Source of the DNA: Candidatus Sulfobium sp.
GTDB taxonomy: Bacteria > Nitrospirota > Thermodesulfovibrionia > Thermodesulfovibrionales > UBA6898
NCBI GenBank assembly: GCA_037380845.1
Contig: JARRRI010000051.1
Location: 1-30,116 of the forward strand
DNA length: 30,116 nt
Direction: 5' to 3'
Positions 28,082 to 30,116 of the stretch are shown here, piece by piece. Below the pieces are notes generated by a model. It did not search any database and was not told the origin of the DNA. It worked only from the letters and a program-made list of their open reading frames with translations. The translations under genes were made by a program, and so were the position numbers. Each line of letters starts with the position of its first letter. Within the stretch, counting starts at the first letter, position 1.

Positions 28082-28684
28082 TTATACCTGACTGGAAGAC
28101 CCGAGGCTTCTTCCGTCCCGGAGAAATCTGAGAAACAGGTAGCCCGTGGCAGAACTCACGAACGCCAGAATCCCCCAGAATACTATCTGTGAAGTGTTAA
28201 TGCCTATATCTCTTAACCCATGCCCGCCTGCGTATCCTATTGATACAAGTGCGGCAATGGTGAAAGTGACAGCAAAGGCATCAGCCAGGACGAATTTAAG
28301 GCGGTTCATCTTCATGATGCCCGACACGAGGAAGATCTGGGCTCTCAAGCCGATAAATTGTCTGCCGAACAGAACAAAGAAGACCCCCTTCCTCTCGAAC
28401 GTCTTTTCGAGCGAGTCCAGCTTGTCCCGGGATAAAAATCTCCTGAACCATCTGTGGCAGACGACCATGCGACCATATTTTCGTCCGAAAGAATAGATAA
28501 TGAAGTCCGCTATGAGCACCCCCACATAAACAACCAGCAAGGCTGGAATGACTTTAACGATGTCCTGACGAATCAGAAATCCGCAAAGAATCAATGTCGC
28601 GTCTTCAGGGAACAGTGGAACACCGAGCCCTCCGAGAATGAGTGGGGCAAAAAGACCAAGGTATGGGAAATTTCCGAGAAACAT
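28082..28684 (-). CDS. DedA-family membrane protein
   Basis: GLGVPLFPEDATLILCG, ADFIIYSFGRKYG, FGRQFIGLR. Confidence 0.9.
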   Translation of the reverse strand: MFLGNFPYLGLFAPLILGGLGVPLFPEDATLILCGFLIRQDIVKVIPALLVVYVGVLIADFIIYSFGRKYGRMVVCHRWFRRFLSRDKLDSLEKTFERKGVFFVLFGRQFIGLRAQIFLVSGIMKMNRLKFVLADAFAVTFTIAALVSIGYAGGHGLRDIGINTSQIVFWGILAFVSSATGYLFLRFLRDGRSLGSSSQV

Positions 28685-28944
28685 TATTGTATAACCCCTC
28701 TTTTAGCCTGCAGATCTTCCCGAGTTTTTTATTGCTATGAAGCTGTACCTTTTAATCGGGAGAGGACAGGCTTGCTCGATAACTAAATATTTACTTTTTA
28801 TATTATAACAAGTTTGGCCCGCAATCTTCCGGATGCTATGATGCCCTATCTTTGCGGCGACGTAGAAAAGTCGACTCTCATGCGATAGAATCTGACCAGA
28901 TGGCTGTCTACTTCAGATGAAAGCCGGAGACTGGAGGAGCGTAA

Positions 28945-29952
28945 GTGGGCTTATTGCCGGACAGTATGCGTTACATAGCCACTGAGAGGGCCGGCGAGCC
29001 TGAGATGATGCGACTGGTCAGCGGCCCTTTGCCACAGCCAAAGCCTGACGAAGTATTGATCCGGGTGCTTGCTGCCGGTGTGAACCGGCCGGACGTCCTT
29101 CAGCGCAAAGGGCTTTATCCTTCCCCGCCAAACGCCAGTCCGGTCATCGGTCTCGAAGTGGCTGGAGAAGTTGTCGACATGGGGCGAGAGGTTACTGAAC
29201 TCGAGGACGGTGCCCGCGTTTGTGCCCTGACAAATGGGGGCGGCTATGCGGAATACTGCGCGGTCCCTGTTCCGCAGTGCCTCCCCTGGCCTGAAGGCTA
29301 CGATGCCGTCCGGGCGGCGGCACTGCCGGAGACGTACTTCACCGTCTGGTCGAACCTCTTTGAAATCGGGCGCTTTGTCGCGGGCGAATCGGTACTCGTT
29401 CACGGCGGCACGAGCGGCATCGGGGTTACCGTGATTCAACTCGCGCGGGAATTCGGAGGCAAGGTCTATGCTACAGCCGGAAGCCGGCGGAAATGCGATG
29501 CCTGCCTTGAGCTCGGTGCGGACGGAGCCATCAACTATCGTGAGGCGGATTTTGCCGAAATCATACCGGAGTTAACGGGTGGAAATGGAGTGGATGTGGT
29601 GCTGGACATCGTGGGAGCGCCCTATACCGCGCGCAATTTAGAGTGCCTCAGGACCTACGGCAGGCTGGTGCAGATCGCTGTCATGCACGGATCCAAAGTC
29701 GCAGACTTCGACCTTGTTCAAGTGATGATGCGCCGGCTGACGGTCACGGGCTCAACCATGAGGCCGCGGCCCACAGTCGAGAAAGGCAGGATCGCGCGGA
29801 TTTTGTATGAAAAGGTATGGCCCGTGCTGAATGCCGGACGCTGCGGCCCGGTTATCTACCGGGTCTTTCCCCTTCAAAGGGCCCCTGATGCACATCGGCT
29901 GATGGAGAGCAGCGAGCATATTGGCAAGATTATTCTGAAGGTTGCGCACTGA
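28945..29952 (+). CDS. NAD(P)H-quinone oxidoreductase (PIG3/zeta-crystallin family)
   Basis: AAGVNRPDVLQRKG, GLEVAG, LPETYFTVW, VHGGTSGIG, HIGKIIL; GGAGG RBS before GTG. Confidence 0.95.
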   Translation: MGLLPDSMRYIATERAGEPEMMRLVSGPLPQPKPDEVLIRVLAAGVNRPDVLQRKGLYPSPPNASPVIGLEVAGEVVDMGREVTELEDGARVCALTNGGGYAEYCAVPVPQCLPWPEGYDAVRAAALPETYFTVWSNLFEIGRFVAGESVLVHGGTSGIGVTVIQLAREFGGKVYATAGSRRKCDACLELGADGAINYREADFAEIIPELTGGNGVDVVLDIVGAPYTARNLECLRTYGRLVQIAVMHGSKVADFDLVQVMMRRLTVTGSTMRPRPTVEKGRIARILYEKVWPVLNAGRCGPVIYRVFPLQRAPDAHRLMESSEHIGKIILKVAH

Positions 29953-30090
29953 GTTGCTTATGCAGTGAAAAAACACTTGACAATTACTTTAAACGGTCGT
30001 ACAAAGGAATTGGGGCGCCTTTCAAAAGTTGCCAGTATGTTTTCATACACAGAAGGAGAGTGCATCCTAGGCCCATCTCCCTTCTGCATG

Positions 30091-30116
30091 AAGCTCCGGT
30101 TATTCCGGAGCTTTTT
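30091..30116 (+). terminator. Rho-independent terminator
   Basis: AAGCTCCGG-ttatt-CCGGAGCTT-TTT at the window end. Confidence 0.8.

Noticed and set aside
28705..28771. preQ1-like ATAAAAAACT in the dedA leader (minus strand)
   Set aside because: The required P1 stem and loop consensus are absent; only a loose hairpin remains.
1..30116. CRISPR arrays, tRNA/rRNA, transposases, integrases
   Set aside because: No repeat-spacer periodicity, cloverleaf or mobile-element proteins were seen.

Overview
Bacterial window, probably from a Nitrospirota (Thermodesulfovibrionia)-like sulfate/sulfite reducer (inferred from gene order and DsrAB character). The first 12.3 kb is a contiguous reductive-type dsr cluster: dsrA-dsrB-dsrD-dsrN-(HEAT-repeat protein)-(Cys-motif protein)-dsrC-dsrT-dsrMKJOP-ferredoxin. 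The rest is accessory: a pentaheme cytochrome c, a nicotinamidase-like hydrolase, small proteins, OsmC, a frameshifted tandem DUF302-like gene, a CobW GTPase, a MacAB-type ABC exporter, a site-2 protease, msrB, an OmpR-type two-component system, DedA and a quinone oxidoreductase. The main discovery is absent from the ORF track: a 113-aa candidate selenoprotein (25286-25627, minus strand) whose in-frame UGA sits at the position of the MsrA catalytic Cys, directly upstream of an exported 1-Cys MsrB. Its promoter has the same direct-repeat/-10 geometry as the promoter of the adjacent response regulator, suggesting an autoregulated envelope methionine-sulfoxide repair module. Three intergenic regions also fold into candidate structured RNAs.
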